Below are positions 9,105 through 18,427 of a stretch of 64,000 nucleotides of DNA, piece after piece (positions within the stretch are counted from its first letter, which is position 1; the number at the start of each line of letters is the position of its first letter). The DNA comes from Nitrosopumilus sp. (GTDB lineage Archaea; Thermoproteota; Nitrososphaeria; Nitrososphaerales; Nitrosopumilaceae), in contig OZ242041.1 of the NCBI GenBank assembly GCA_965205215.1, positions 1,568,001 through 1,632,000 on the forward strand. The letters are read 5' to 3'. Both the position numbers and the translations under genes were made by a program. The notes under the pieces are model-generated. The model worked only from the letters and a program-made list of their open reading frames with translations. It was not told the DNA's origin and did no database searches.

Positions 9105-11894
9105 TTGAAAATAACTGCCATATCTCTTCTTGCGGCCATGCTGGCCGTTGGCGTCTTAAGCGTGACATTTTCAAGCTCGTCAGCAGCATACGCCGCCGCC
9201 GATTACCTCCCTCCTGCAAAGCAGGTTGAGATGGATGTGGACCCAGAAGACGTGACATGCCAGGGTGAGCGCGTGCTGTTGCTCAGGACAAACGGTGCGC
9301 CGATTTGCGCACTCCCGGGATCCGTGGACATGATCGTCGAGCGCGGCATTGCAACGGTAGTGGAGCGTGATCCGGCAGACGAGGCGCCTGCCGAATCCGA
9401 CCCGTTAGCCTCCGACCTGCGGGTCTCGATGACCGTATTCTCAGACCGGTTTGCCGTAATGAAAGAGGACGTAGTCAAGATCACGCGCGACGCCATTGCG
9501 GCGTACGAGTCAGACGGTGACGCGTCCCTGGATGCAATGACCGCGGGCTCATCGATGTATGACGGCAGCGGCCCGTATCCGTTTGTGGTAGACTCCGAGA
9601 CCATGATCATTGTGGCCCACGGGTTCATGCCCGAAAGGGTCGGGATGGTCGCCGAGCCGTTCCTAACCAGCGGAATGACGTTTGACGAGCTGAGGTCCGA
9701 GCTGGAATCCGAGGGCAGCCTCTGGCTGATGTACACGTTCATAGACCCCGAGTCCTCGCACAACGCGACCAAAAAGGCATACCTTGAGCTGCACGACGGA
9801 CTGATCTTTGGCAGCGGGATTTACCCCGATGGCCTAGAGGTGCAGATGATGAAGGCCATGTGGGTTGTCAGCAATGCCGTTGAGATGTACGACGAGTCCG
9901 GCATTGACGCGTTTGGTATGATAAACGATGCCGCCGCCGACTACGTGCCCGGCGACATCTATCCGTTTGCGTCCAGCCTCACTACGATGAACGTGGTTGC
10001 GCACGGGGCGGATCCGAGCCGCGTCGGGGACAAGTCCGTGGTGCTGACTGGCGCCAACAAGGATCTTGAGCGCATACTGCTGGAGTCTGAGATGAATGGC
10101 GGGACGTGGGTGGCGTATACCTTTAACAACTTTGAGACAGGCGCCGAGGAGACGAAGCTTTCCTGGGTTGTGGCCCGGGATGACTATATCCTTGGAGCCG
10201 GCTTCTACCCAGACGGGTACCAGACCTCCAAGGTACACGCCATAATGTCGACGGACAACGCCCTCTTCCTGTACGCGCAGTACGGCGAGGACGCATTCCC
10301 AAAGATCACCGCCCTGAACGTGACGGAGGAATGGTACCCGTTTGTCAGTGATGGCGAAATCGGACTTGAGATAGCAGACGGCTCGATTCTGGACAGGACC
10401 GGCGTCCTGTACTGGGAGGCGCACGAGTTTAACGCGGCATACGGGCCCGTGATGGACGTACTGGAATCCGGACACGGGGCGTACATATCGTACGTGTTCC
10501 TAAACCCCGAAACCGGCATGCAGCAGGCCAAAAAGGCCTGGATCGTCCTTCACGACGGGTACATCTTTGGGGCCGGTTTCTACCTTACAGGCGTGCACGG
10601 GGATGTCACGGCCGTAAAGTGGTCGATAGACACTTCAGTCGAGCTGTACAAGCTACAAGGCGCGGAGGACACGTTTGCGGCCATAACCTCGGCGGAGCCT
10701 GCCTCTGAATCATATCCGTTCGTCATAGACTCGGACAGCTTTGATCTGACGGCCCACGGGGCAGACCCGGGCCTGGTCGGCTCCAACTTCTTTGACCTGG
10801 TCACCCCGGACAAGGACGAGGAGCAGATCATGGCCGACCTGTCAGACGGTGACGGCGCCACGACATGGGTAAAGTACGTGTTTGTCAACCCGGAGACCGG
10901 CATGGACGCGGAAAAGACCGTGCTACTAAAGATGCATGACGGCTACATATTCGCTGCAGGGTATTATCAGGACGACGACGATATGACCTCGACAGACGGC
11001 GCAGCCGAGGCGGCGGTAGTAAAGCTCAAGTGGACCGACTCGGCTCAGTTTGCCGGCATCTACACGGCAGACCAGAACGGGTACTATCTGGACAACGGCA
11101 TGACAGTCGCCATAGAGCCGTTTGGATTTGAGAGCACGTCCATAGAGGACGTGGTTTCCGGCGCGGCAGACTTTGGCATTACGGGCGCCGACGAGCTCTT
11201 GGTAGCGCAGTCCAACGGAGCAGATGTGCGCGCCTTGGCAGTCATATACCAGCAGAGCCCGCTTGTGGCGATGGCGCTGGAGGAGTCCGGAATCACAGAG
11301 CCAAGGGACTTTGTGGGAATGAAGTTCGGGGCGCCCGGAGGCGAGTTCATCATAAGGAGCATGCTGGCCAGCCAGGACGTAGACTATGACAGCGACATAA
11401 CCGTTGTCCCCCTGGAGTTTGACATATCGCCTCTGCTAGACGGCGAACTGGACGTCATGGCAGCGTACCTGATCGACCAGCCGCTCATTGCAGAGGATCT
11501 CGGACATAAGACCGTCACAATACACCCGGCCGAGTACGGGGTGAACTTTTACGGCGACGTCCTGTTCACGAGCAACGGCCTGATCCAAGACGATCCGGAG
11601 CTGGTGCAGGGATTCGTCGATGCGACGCTGGCCGGGTGGGAGTACGCACTGGAAAACGTCGACGAGTCTGTACGCCACACGCTGCTCTATGTGGAGGACG
11701 ATGTCGGCATTTCCGAATCCTACCAGCAAAGGATTCTACAGGCCTCCATCCCGCTGATCAAGCCCGATGGAACGGAGGTCGGGCAGATGAGCCACGACAA
11801 ATGGATGCAGTCGTACGAGCTCCTGCTGGACTTCGGCATTATAGACTCTGAGCTTGACGTAGGCGAGTCGTACACGACGGAGTTTCTAAACTAG
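9105..11894 (+). CDS. Secreted protein: thaumarchaeal PPxKQ/Cys-pair N-domain, 4 single-Cache-like domains and an NMT1/THI5-like ABC substrate-binding domain
   Basis: Signal peptide. Four ~125-aa units YPF...A(H/D)G...Y(T/V)F...K...(H/R)D(G/D)(L/Y)I(F/L)(G/A)xG(I/F/Y)Y. C-terminal LKWTDSAQFAGIYTADQNGYY...ADFGI...YGVNFYGDVLFT...GFVDATLAGWEYA. Confidence 0.85.
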   Translation: MKITAISLLAAMLAVGVLSVTFSSSSAAYAAADYLPPAKQVEMDVDPEDVTCQGERVLLLRTNGAPICALPGSVDMIVERGIATVVERDPADEAPAESDPLASDLRVSMTVFSDRFAVMKEDVVKITRDAIAAYESDGDASLDAMTAGSSMYDGSGPYPFVVDSETMIIVAHGFMPERVGMVAEPFLTSGMTFDELRSELESEGSLWLMYTFIDPESSHNATKKAYLELHDGLIFGSGIYPDGLEVQMMKAMWVVSNAVEMYDESGIDAFGMINDAAADYVPGDIYPFASSLTTMNVVAHGADPSRVGDKSVVLTGANKDLERILLESEMNGGTWVAYTFNNFETGAEETKLSWVVARDDYILGAGFYPDGYQTSKVHAIMSTDNALFLYAQYGEDAFPKITALNVTEEWYPFVSDGEIGLEIADGSILDRTGVLYWEAHEFNAAYGPVMDVLESGHGAYISYVFLNPETGMQQAKKAWIVLHDGYIFGAGFYLTGVHGDVTAVKWSIDTSVELYKLQGAEDTFAAITSAEPASESYPFVIDSDSFDLTAHGADPGLVGSNFFDLVTPDKDEEQIMADLSDGDGATTWVKYVFVNPETGMDAEKTVLLKMHDGYIFAAGYYQDDDDMTSTDGAAEAAVVKLKWTDSAQFAGIYTADQNGYYLDNGMTVAIEPFGFESTSIEDVVSGAADFGITGADELLVAQSNGADVRALAVIYQQSPLVAMALEESGITEPRDFVGMKFGAPGGEFIIRSMLASQDVDYDSDITVVPLEFDISPLLDGELDVMAAYLIDQPLIAEDLGHKTVTIHPAEYGVNFYGDVLFTSNGLIQDDPELVQGFVDATLAGWEYALENVDESVRHTLLYVEDDVGISESYQQRILQASIPLIKPDGTEVGQMSHDKWMQSYELLLDFGIIDSELDVGESYTTEFLN

Positions 11895-12331
11895 TGTTGC
11901 ACTGGCACGGGCAGGGCCCTGTGCCGGGGTTATGCGCCCGTACCCGTACCGTGTCCGGTCAAGCCGTGCCCGGGCGGAGCCCCCGGCAAACCGGCACGTC
12001 ATGCCCTCGATTGCAGGGCCGCGGCAGCACACGATGTGACCTCCGCACACGACGCGGCCCCATGATGCCGAGCACAGGCCTTGCGCCACCCTCGCTTTTT
12101 ACAAGGCATTCCGGCGGCGACAGGGCCCCGGTCTGAAATCTCAAAATGCAGACTGGCAGGCGCGGGTTTTCAAGGAACACGTGACCATGCAGCGGCGCGG
12201 GTCGGCGGACAAGTGCGTGCGCCAACGGGGCTCATGCGAGGCATGCGGCACATCCATGAGACCCCCGCTCTGCGGCATCCCGTACGGATGGCAGGCATGC
12301 CAGATCAGGACGCGTGCGGGGAGTGTCCGCG

Positions 12332-12460
12332 TCACTCTACCGTATCGTGCGGCTTTGTGTTCTCATCATGGCAGTCGCATGAGCACAGGTAGGTGGAGTG
12401 GTTGTTCTTGCAGTCTATGCATTCGTAGTGTTTGCGGGCCTCACATGCGGCGCAGATCAT
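12332..12460 (-). CDS. Small Cys/His-rich microprotein (42 aa)
   Basis: MICAACEARKHYECIDCKNNHSTYLCSCDCHDE..., preceded by an AT-rich element near 12478-12495. Confidence 0.6.
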   Translation of the reverse strand: MICAACEARKHYECIDCKNNHSTYLCSCDCHDENTKPHDTVE

Positions 12461-12644
12461 TGCTTGCTCTATGCACGCTTTGAATTTTAGCTTTTCTAGG
12501 GTAGGTGCGCGGCACGTATTGCGCCTTGTGCTTGTTGAAGACATACCTGACCCCCCATCTTTCCAGTTTCAGTCCGTAACCTCTCCACTTTTGGCCAGGC
12601 CGGCGCCTCTTTCCAGCGGCCGCGGCGGCAGAACAGCGACATCA

Positions 12645-15600
12645 TTAGCGGCAATAAAGCGTCGGCGGATCCGCGGAGGGCAGAACGCCGCCCGGGACAA
12701 GTATGTCAGACAGATAGTATCCGGACCCAAACACCAGGCCGTCATACATGACAAGCCATGCGCGCTTGGTCTCCTCCTGTCCCGTTACGGGGTTCGTGTG
12801 CGTGTAGTCGACCCACGTGCCGACCCCGCGGCTTGTCTTATCCAATATATCCCGCGCCGGGAGCGCCCCGACGATGGCATCCCAGTCCGGCGTGCCGCCT
12901 ATCCGGCCCGGATCCGCGCTCTGCGCCAGCGTGCTTCCGGTCTGCGGGTCGACTACAAAGCCGTACGTGGAGACCGGCGCAGGCGGGACTGCGTTTATCG
13001 AGGCGAGGGCCGAGATCTGCCCGTCGCGCTGGTACTGTAATATGTTGCCGTACACTATCGACTGCACGCTAGAGTCCACCGTGTAATAGCCGGAGCCAAA
13101 GACCAGCCCGTCGCGCATCTGGAGGTAGCTGCGCTTGATCTGCTCCACGTCCGTGGCCGGGTTGTGGAATATGTACGTGACCCACAGGCTGCCCTCCCGC
13201 CTGAGCTCTGCAAGGACGTCGGCGACGGACCTGCTGGAGGTGTCCAGGATGGTCTCGGGCTGCCCCACCCTGGCGGGCACGACGCCGTCGGCCAGCCTCG
13301 TCCAAGTTGCCGCATCAATCACGAACGGGTACAGGGCGTCGGTGGTGATTGGCGCGTCAGGCGTGATTATGTCCACCCACGCGTCGTTGGCCTTGTTGGC
13401 CTCGTAGACGCGTATTGCGTTGCTTACGGCAAACTTGACGTCGGACTCTGATACGTCAGACGAATAGTGCCCCACCCCGAATACCAGGCCCCGGTGCAGG
13501 ACCAGCCATGCGTGCTTGATCTCCTCCTGGCCCGTTATGGGATTAGTGTGCGTGTATGCAACCCATGTGCCGGCTCCGCGGCTTATTTTATCCACCACAT
13601 ATTGTGACGAGAGTACGGATGTGATGGCACTCCAGTCGGCTGTACCGCCTATCAGGCCCGGGTTCACGTTCTGCGCCAGCGTGCTTCCGGTCTGCGGGTC
13701 GACTACAAAGGCGTACGAGGTGAACGGTTCGGGCGGTATGGAGTTTATCGAGGCCAGGGCCGCGTCCTGCCCGTCGCGCTCATACGACAGTATGTGGCCG
13801 TGCAGTGTAGACTGCACCTGGGAGTCCAGCGTATAATAGCCGGAGCCGAAGACCAGCCCGTCGTGCAGCTCAAGGTAGCTGCGCTTGATCTGTTCTATGC
13901 CCGTGGCCGGGTTGTGGAACGTGTACGTGACCCACAGGCTGCCCTCCCGCCTGAGCTCTGCAAGGACGTCGGCGACGGACCTGCTGGAGGTGTCCAGGAT
14001 GGTCTCGGGCTGCCCCACCCTGGCGGGCACGACGCCGTCGGCCAGCCTCGTCCAAGTTGCCGCATCAATCACGAACGGGTACAGGGCGTCGGTGGTGATT
14101 GGCGCGTCAGGCGTGATTATGTCCACCCACGCGTCGTTGGCCTTGTTGGCCTCGTAGACGCGTATTGCGTTGCTTACGGCAAACTTGACGTCGGCCTCTG
14201 GTATGTTGGATGAATAGTACCCCGATCCAAATATCAAGCCCCGGTGCAGGACAAGCCACGTGCGTTTTGCCTCTTCTTGTCCTGTTATCGGCTCCGTATG
14301 CGTGTAGCTGACCCACATGCCGGGCTCGCGGTTCAGTTCACCCAGGATGTCCTGCACGGAGAGCACTTGGAGAATGGCACTCCAGTCGGTTGTGCTGCCT
14401 ATCAGGCCCGGATCCACGTTCTGCGCCAGCGTGCTTCCGGTCTGCGGATCGACTACAAAGCCGTACGTGGAGGTCGGCTCCTCGGGGACGGCATTTATGA
14501 GGGCGATGGCAGCGTTCCTGCCCTGGTTGTCGTGTTCCAATATGTTGGTATACGCTATGCCCTGCACCTGGGAGTCCAGCAGGTAGTAGCCTGAACCGAA
14601 GACCAGCCCGTCGCGCATCTGGAGATAGGTGCGCTTGAGCTGCTCCACGCCGGTGGCAGGGTTGTGGAACGTGTACGTCAGCCACGTTCTGCCGTTCTGC
14701 TCAAGATCTGCAAGGACGTCGGCAACGGACCTACCGGAGGTCTCCAGGATGGTCTCGGACTGACCCACCCTGGTGGGCACGACGCCGTCGGCCAGCCTAG
14801 TCCAAGTTGCCGCGTCTATAACGAACGGGTACAGGTCGTCAGTCACGACGGGTTCGTCAGGCGTGATGATGTCCATCCACGCGTCGTTCTCACGGTTGGA
14901 CTCGTAGATAAACCGGGCATAATCGGTCACCGACTGGGTGTCGGCGTCTGCAATAGTATATGGAGATATGAAGGCGTAACCGTCGTGAATGGTAACCCAG
15001 GCGCGCTTGATCTGGTGTATGCCGGTATATGAGTCAAAAAACGAATACTGCGACCAGTACGAGTCCCCATCCTCAAAGCCGCTCAAATCGTAGCTGCCGA
15101 TTGCCAGTGCCACATCTGGAAGTGGTCCGACTAGACCAGGCACCGTGCCATGGGCAAGTATGTGCGTGCTGCTTCTCACCAGCGGATAGAGATCTATTCT
15201 GTTGAGCGCTCCGGAATTAATCAGGTCAAAGGCGGTTGTGGGATCGTTTCTGTACGTATAGATGGCGCCGTCTACCACAGACTGGGACCGAAGGTCCGGC
15301 AGCGAGTAGCTTGCGCCAAATATGTAACCGCCATGCAATATGATGTAAGTGCGGGTGAGTTGGTTCGTCTGGGTTGCGGGGTTTAGATCCATGTGCCATA
15401 TCCAGACGCCGCCGTCCCGTAGTTCCGCCAGGATGGTCGCCAGGGGCTTGTCGGCCTCCTCAAGGTGCGTGCTGGTGGTCCCCACCAAGTTGGGCGTCCT
15501 GGCATGGGCCACCACCTCGAAGGTTGCCGCATCCAATACAAAGGACGACTTTGTTGACCGCGGATCAGGCGCATCCGGCGTTATCATCCCAAAGGCACTC

Positions 15601-16556
15601 GTGCCGTGGGCCGTATACAGGATTCTGGCCGAGTCCGCCTGTGCCTGCGCCCGGGAGTCGCTTGGGTAGTAGCCGGTGCCAAACACATAGCCGTCGTGCA
15701 GGTATAGCCAGGTGCGCTTGATCTGGCCCATGTCGGTGCCAGGGTTGTGGAACGTATATGTCGCCCACGTGCCCTCGTTTGCCCCGAGATCCGCACGGAC
15801 GTCGGCGACGGACCTGCTGGAGGTGTCAAGGATGGCATCCGGCTGCCCCACCCTGCTAGGCACCACCTCGTCGGCCACCCGCATCCAAGACGAGTAGTCT
15901 ATCACAAACAGGTAGAGTTCGTCCGTAAGGACGGGATCATCAGGAGTAATACTGTCAAAAAAGGCCTGCGCATTACCGTACGATTCGTACTGCCTTACCT
16001 TTTCCTCTATGAACAGCTGGACCTCGGTGTCCGGCAGGTAGTGCCCCGCGGCAAATATGTAACCGTCGTGCAGGTACAGCAGCGCGCGTGTCGTCTGATC
16101 CTCCAGGTTGGCAGGGTTTTTGTCTATGTACGTGACCCACACCCGGTCATTTTGCGCCAGATCGGCACGGATTTGGCTGATGGACCTGTCTGCCGCCTCC
16201 AAGGCTTCCGCCCGCTGGCCCACCTGTCCGGCATCCGCACTATGCGCCACTATCCTCAGGGTATTGAGATCCGCCACGAACGAGACCGGTGCGCCGGCGC
16301 CCGCCGATCCTGCAGACGTGATTGCGGTAAACGCGGCCTGTCCTTGCGCCGCGTATAGCGCCTGGATCCTGTCCACCTCTGTACCGATCCGACTGTCAAT
16401 GCTGCTTTGATCATACAGCGTACGTCCTTGCTGGGATTGGCCATGGGCGTCCGCTGCGGGAGCAAGGCATGCTACAAGCGCGATCAGCACCACTGCGGTG
16501 ACGGCAGTCGACACTGGGGTTGTACTTGAGCGTAACAAGGATTTGGGCATCTCCAC
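12645..16556 (-). CDS. Secreted poly-Cache protein (10 tandem single-Cache-like domains, no TM or output domain)
   Basis: Signal peptide ending AADA. Ten ~125-aa units ending (H/R/Y)(D/G/R)G(Y/L)xFG(S/T/A/V)GYY-like. TTTATA box at 16586-16581. Confidence 0.85.
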   Translation of the reverse strand: MEMPKSLLRSSTTPVSTAVTAVVLIALVACLAPAADAHGQSQQGRTLYDQSSIDSRIGTEVDRIQALYAAQGQAAFTAITSAGSAGAGAPVSFVADLNTLRIVAHSADAGQVGQRAEALEAADRSISQIRADLAQNDRVWVTYIDKNPANLEDQTTRALLYLHDGYIFAAGHYLPDTEVQLFIEEKVRQYESYGNAQAFFDSITPDDPVLTDELYLFVIDYSSWMRVADEVVPSRVGQPDAILDTSSRSVADVRADLGANEGTWATYTFHNPGTDMGQIKRTWLYLHDGYVFGTGYYPSDSRAQAQADSARILYTAHGTSAFGMITPDAPDPRSTKSSFVLDAATFEVVAHARTPNLVGTTSTHLEEADKPLATILAELRDGGVWIWHMDLNPATQTNQLTRTYIILHGGYIFGASYSLPDLRSQSVVDGAIYTYRNDPTTAFDLINSGALNRIDLYPLVRSSTHILAHGTVPGLVGPLPDVALAIGSYDLSGFEDGDSYWSQYSFFDSYTGIHQIKRAWVTIHDGYAFISPYTIADADTQSVTDYARFIYESNRENDAWMDIITPDEPVVTDDLYPFVIDAATWTRLADGVVPTRVGQSETILETSGRSVADVLADLEQNGRTWLTYTFHNPATGVEQLKRTYLQMRDGLVFGSGYYLLDSQVQGIAYTNILEHDNQGRNAAIALINAVPEEPTSTYGFVVDPQTGSTLAQNVDPGLIGSTTDWSAILQVLSVQDILGELNREPGMWVSYTHTEPITGQEEAKRTWLVLHRGLIFGSGYYSSNIPEADVKFAVSNAIRVYEANKANDAWVDIITPDAPITTDALYPFVIDAATWTRLADGVVPARVGQPETILDTSSRSVADVLAELRREGSLWVTYTFHNPATGIEQIKRSYLELHDGLVFGSGYYTLDSQVQSTLHGHILSYERDGQDAALASINSIPPEPFTSYAFVVDPQTGSTLAQNVNPGLIGGTADWSAITSVLSSQYVVDKISRGAGTWVAYTHTNPITGQEEIKHAWLVLHRGLVFGVGHYSSDVSESDVKFAVSNAIRVYEANKANDAWVDIITPDAPITTDALYPFVIDAATWTRLADGVVPARVGQPETILDTSSRSVADVLAELRREGSLWVTYIFHNPATDVEQIKRSYLQMRDGLVFGSGYYTVDSSVQSIVYGNILQYQRDGQISALASINAVPPAPVSTYGFVVDPQTGSTLAQSADPGRIGGTPDWDAIVGALPARDILDKTSRGVGTWVDYTHTNPVTGQEETKRAWLVMYDGLVFGSGYYLSDILVPGGVLPSADPPTLYCR
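12700..14950 (-). repeat. 750-bp tandem triplication inside the poly-Cache gene
   Basis: 13172-13444 is identical to 13922-14194. The block ctgcgccagcgtgcttccggtctgcgg(g/a)tcgactacaaag recurs at 12921, 13671 and 14421. Confidence 0.92.
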
Positions 16557-16602
16557 CTGTCGGAGGAGGGAATTGCGAACTATAAAGCAGTTGTGCCATG
16601 AG

Positions 16603-18095
16603 AACTTTGTTTCCTAATTCCCCCCGTGCACGCCGGCCAAGTCCAAGTCGGGCGGCGGCGTGGCCGTCATGCCGTCATGCCGTCCCCCTCCCGCCTCCCG
16701 GGCAATCGACTCGTCCCTCCACCTGTTGTACAGGGCCACCTTGAGCCTCACCTCCTGCACGATGTTCTCCCACTTGAGGGCCATCAGATGCTCTCCGAAC
16801 AGGCGCTTGAATGCTGAAAACACGCTCTCCGCGAGCCACCTTTGGCCGTAGCCTATCCGGGTCTTCCAGTATGTCTGGTTCTCCTTCTTCTCCTCCCTGC
16901 TCATCAGGTCCAGGCGCGTCGCGTCTGGGCTTCCCCCCAGCTGGTCCCTTACGGACTCGCCCCACGCGTCGCCGGATCCCTTGCCGCGCGCCGTCACGTT
17001 GATTTTGTGCAGGATGCCGGGGACCATCTGGGCCCGCGCGCACGCGGCCGCGTTCTCCCTCGAGCCGTACGCGGCATCGCCGAGCACGACGTCGGGCGCG
17101 TCATGGGCGCCGCGGGGGGCGCCGCCTGCGCGCAACGACGCGAGAGGGGGGACGCCGGACGCGAGAAGGTTCTCGTATCCCGTGACGCTGCTGCTGCCGG
17201 CGGCTCCGGGAGGGGGTGCGGCCGGCGGCTCCAGACTGTCCCCCGCGCCGTCCCCGGCCCCCGCGACCTGCCCGAGCAGCGCGCCGAACATGGCCGAGTC
17301 ACCCACGGAGTCGTCTGTGACCTCCAGGGCCAGTATCTTCTTGGTCTCCGTGTCTACCAGAATGTGCATCTTTACAAAGCCCCGCCTCTTCTTCCACTTG
17401 GCCCTCATCCACTCGCCCCTGTTGTGCTGCTTGAGGCCGCTCGCGTCGAGCGCCAGTATCCTCCGGCTCTTCCTGTCCGATACCGTCACCACGCCGCCGG
17501 AACCCCGGCTTATGTCCGCGTCAAGCCCGGTGATCCGCTTGTACAGCTGGCTGTACGCGGGGGTGTTGGACCTGCCTGCCATCCTCCCGACCATCCCCTC
17601 GAGCTGCCTGTACTTGACCCCCAGCGCGGACCTGAGGGCGGCGGCCATCATTACGAGCGTCTCCGCGTACTGGTACGGGGCGCCCACCTTGCCCTCGTTT
17701 GCGCGCCTTACGTCGTCCTCCCACTCGGGATTGTACTCTATGACGAGGTCCGCCCCGCGCCTGACGTACTTTTCGTTGTCCGTCTTTGCGGCTGCGCCGT
17801 TACGCGCCTGGCTCATGGGTAGCGCCCCTCCACGCTCCTGCCTCCCCTGTGGCCGCGCCGCGCCCTCGGGAAAAGGGCCGGATCATGATTAAATACGGAC
17901 TCTGCGAACCGATGTTGACGTCTGTATAGGCACACCGATGTTGGATGCATCGTGTCTATCTTTCGTCATATACACTTCAAGGCGTGCATGAACGTTCCTT
18001 GCCCGTTTGGCCAGATTTTATTGATCAAATTGGAGACTGCGCCGCCGCAAGGCCGCCGTAGCAGGTGCCTACAGGCAGAATTAGGAAACAAAGTT
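16603..18095 (-). mobile_element. IS5-family (IS903-group-like) insertion sequence
   Basis: Perfect 18-bp TIR AACTTTGTTTCCTAATTC (16603-16620 / 18078-18095). TSD GCCATGAG (16595-16602 / 18096-18103; 9 bp if the adjacent T is counted). Confidence 0.93.
16614..17816 (-). CDS. IS5-family DDE transposase
   Basis: LDASGLK...GEW...GFVKMHILVD, LGDAAYG and YGQRWLAESVFSAFK motifs. The stop codon lies inside the TIR. Confidence 0.9.
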   Translation of the reverse strand: MSQARNGAAAKTDNEKYVRRGADLVIEYNPEWEDDVRRANEGKVGAPYQYAETLVMMAAALRSALGVKYRQLEGMVGRMAGRSNTPAYSQLYKRITGLDADISRGSGGVVTVSDRKSRRILALDASGLKQHNRGEWMRAKWKKRRGFVKMHILVDTETKKILALEVTDDSVGDSAMFGALLGQVAGAGDGAGDSLEPPAAPPPGAAGSSSVTGYENLLASGVPPLASLRAGGAPRGAHDAPDVVLGDAAYGSRENAAACARAQMVPGILHKINVTARGKGSGDAWGESVRDQLGGSPDATRLDLMSREEKKENQTYWKTRIGYGQRWLAESVFSAFKRLFGEHLMALKWENIVQEVRLKVALYNRWRDESIAREAGGGRHDGMTATPPPDLDLAGVHGGN

Positions 18096-18427
18096 GCCAT
18101 GAGCAGTCTTCCCAATGGTACGTCAAAAACAGGGCCACGCAGTAAGAGATCAAAAAAATGGCGGCCCCGTCGGCGTCCTGTGACCAAGAGTAGGCAGGCC
18201 AAGGCGCGACCTGTAACAACCCGGCTGAGCAGAAGCTCAGGATGCCGGCCCCAGAGAACCGACGCGCCGGGATCAGGCCGTCCCGGCGAGTGCGCCGCGC
18301 GCCGCACCGCGTCCTTGTACGGCATGCGGTTTTGCGCGCACCGTGCAGGAGGCCCGGCAAGCGTGCAACCGGCCGCGGGCGCCTCCGCACCGAGACTGTT
18401 ATTATATACAGGCGCCGCACCGCGTGC

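Noticed and set aside
12900-14500. Repeat pairs as a diversity-generating retroelement TR/VR
   Set aside because: No reverse transcriptase in the window. The repeats are in-frame domain duplications and the differences do not look adenine-restricted.
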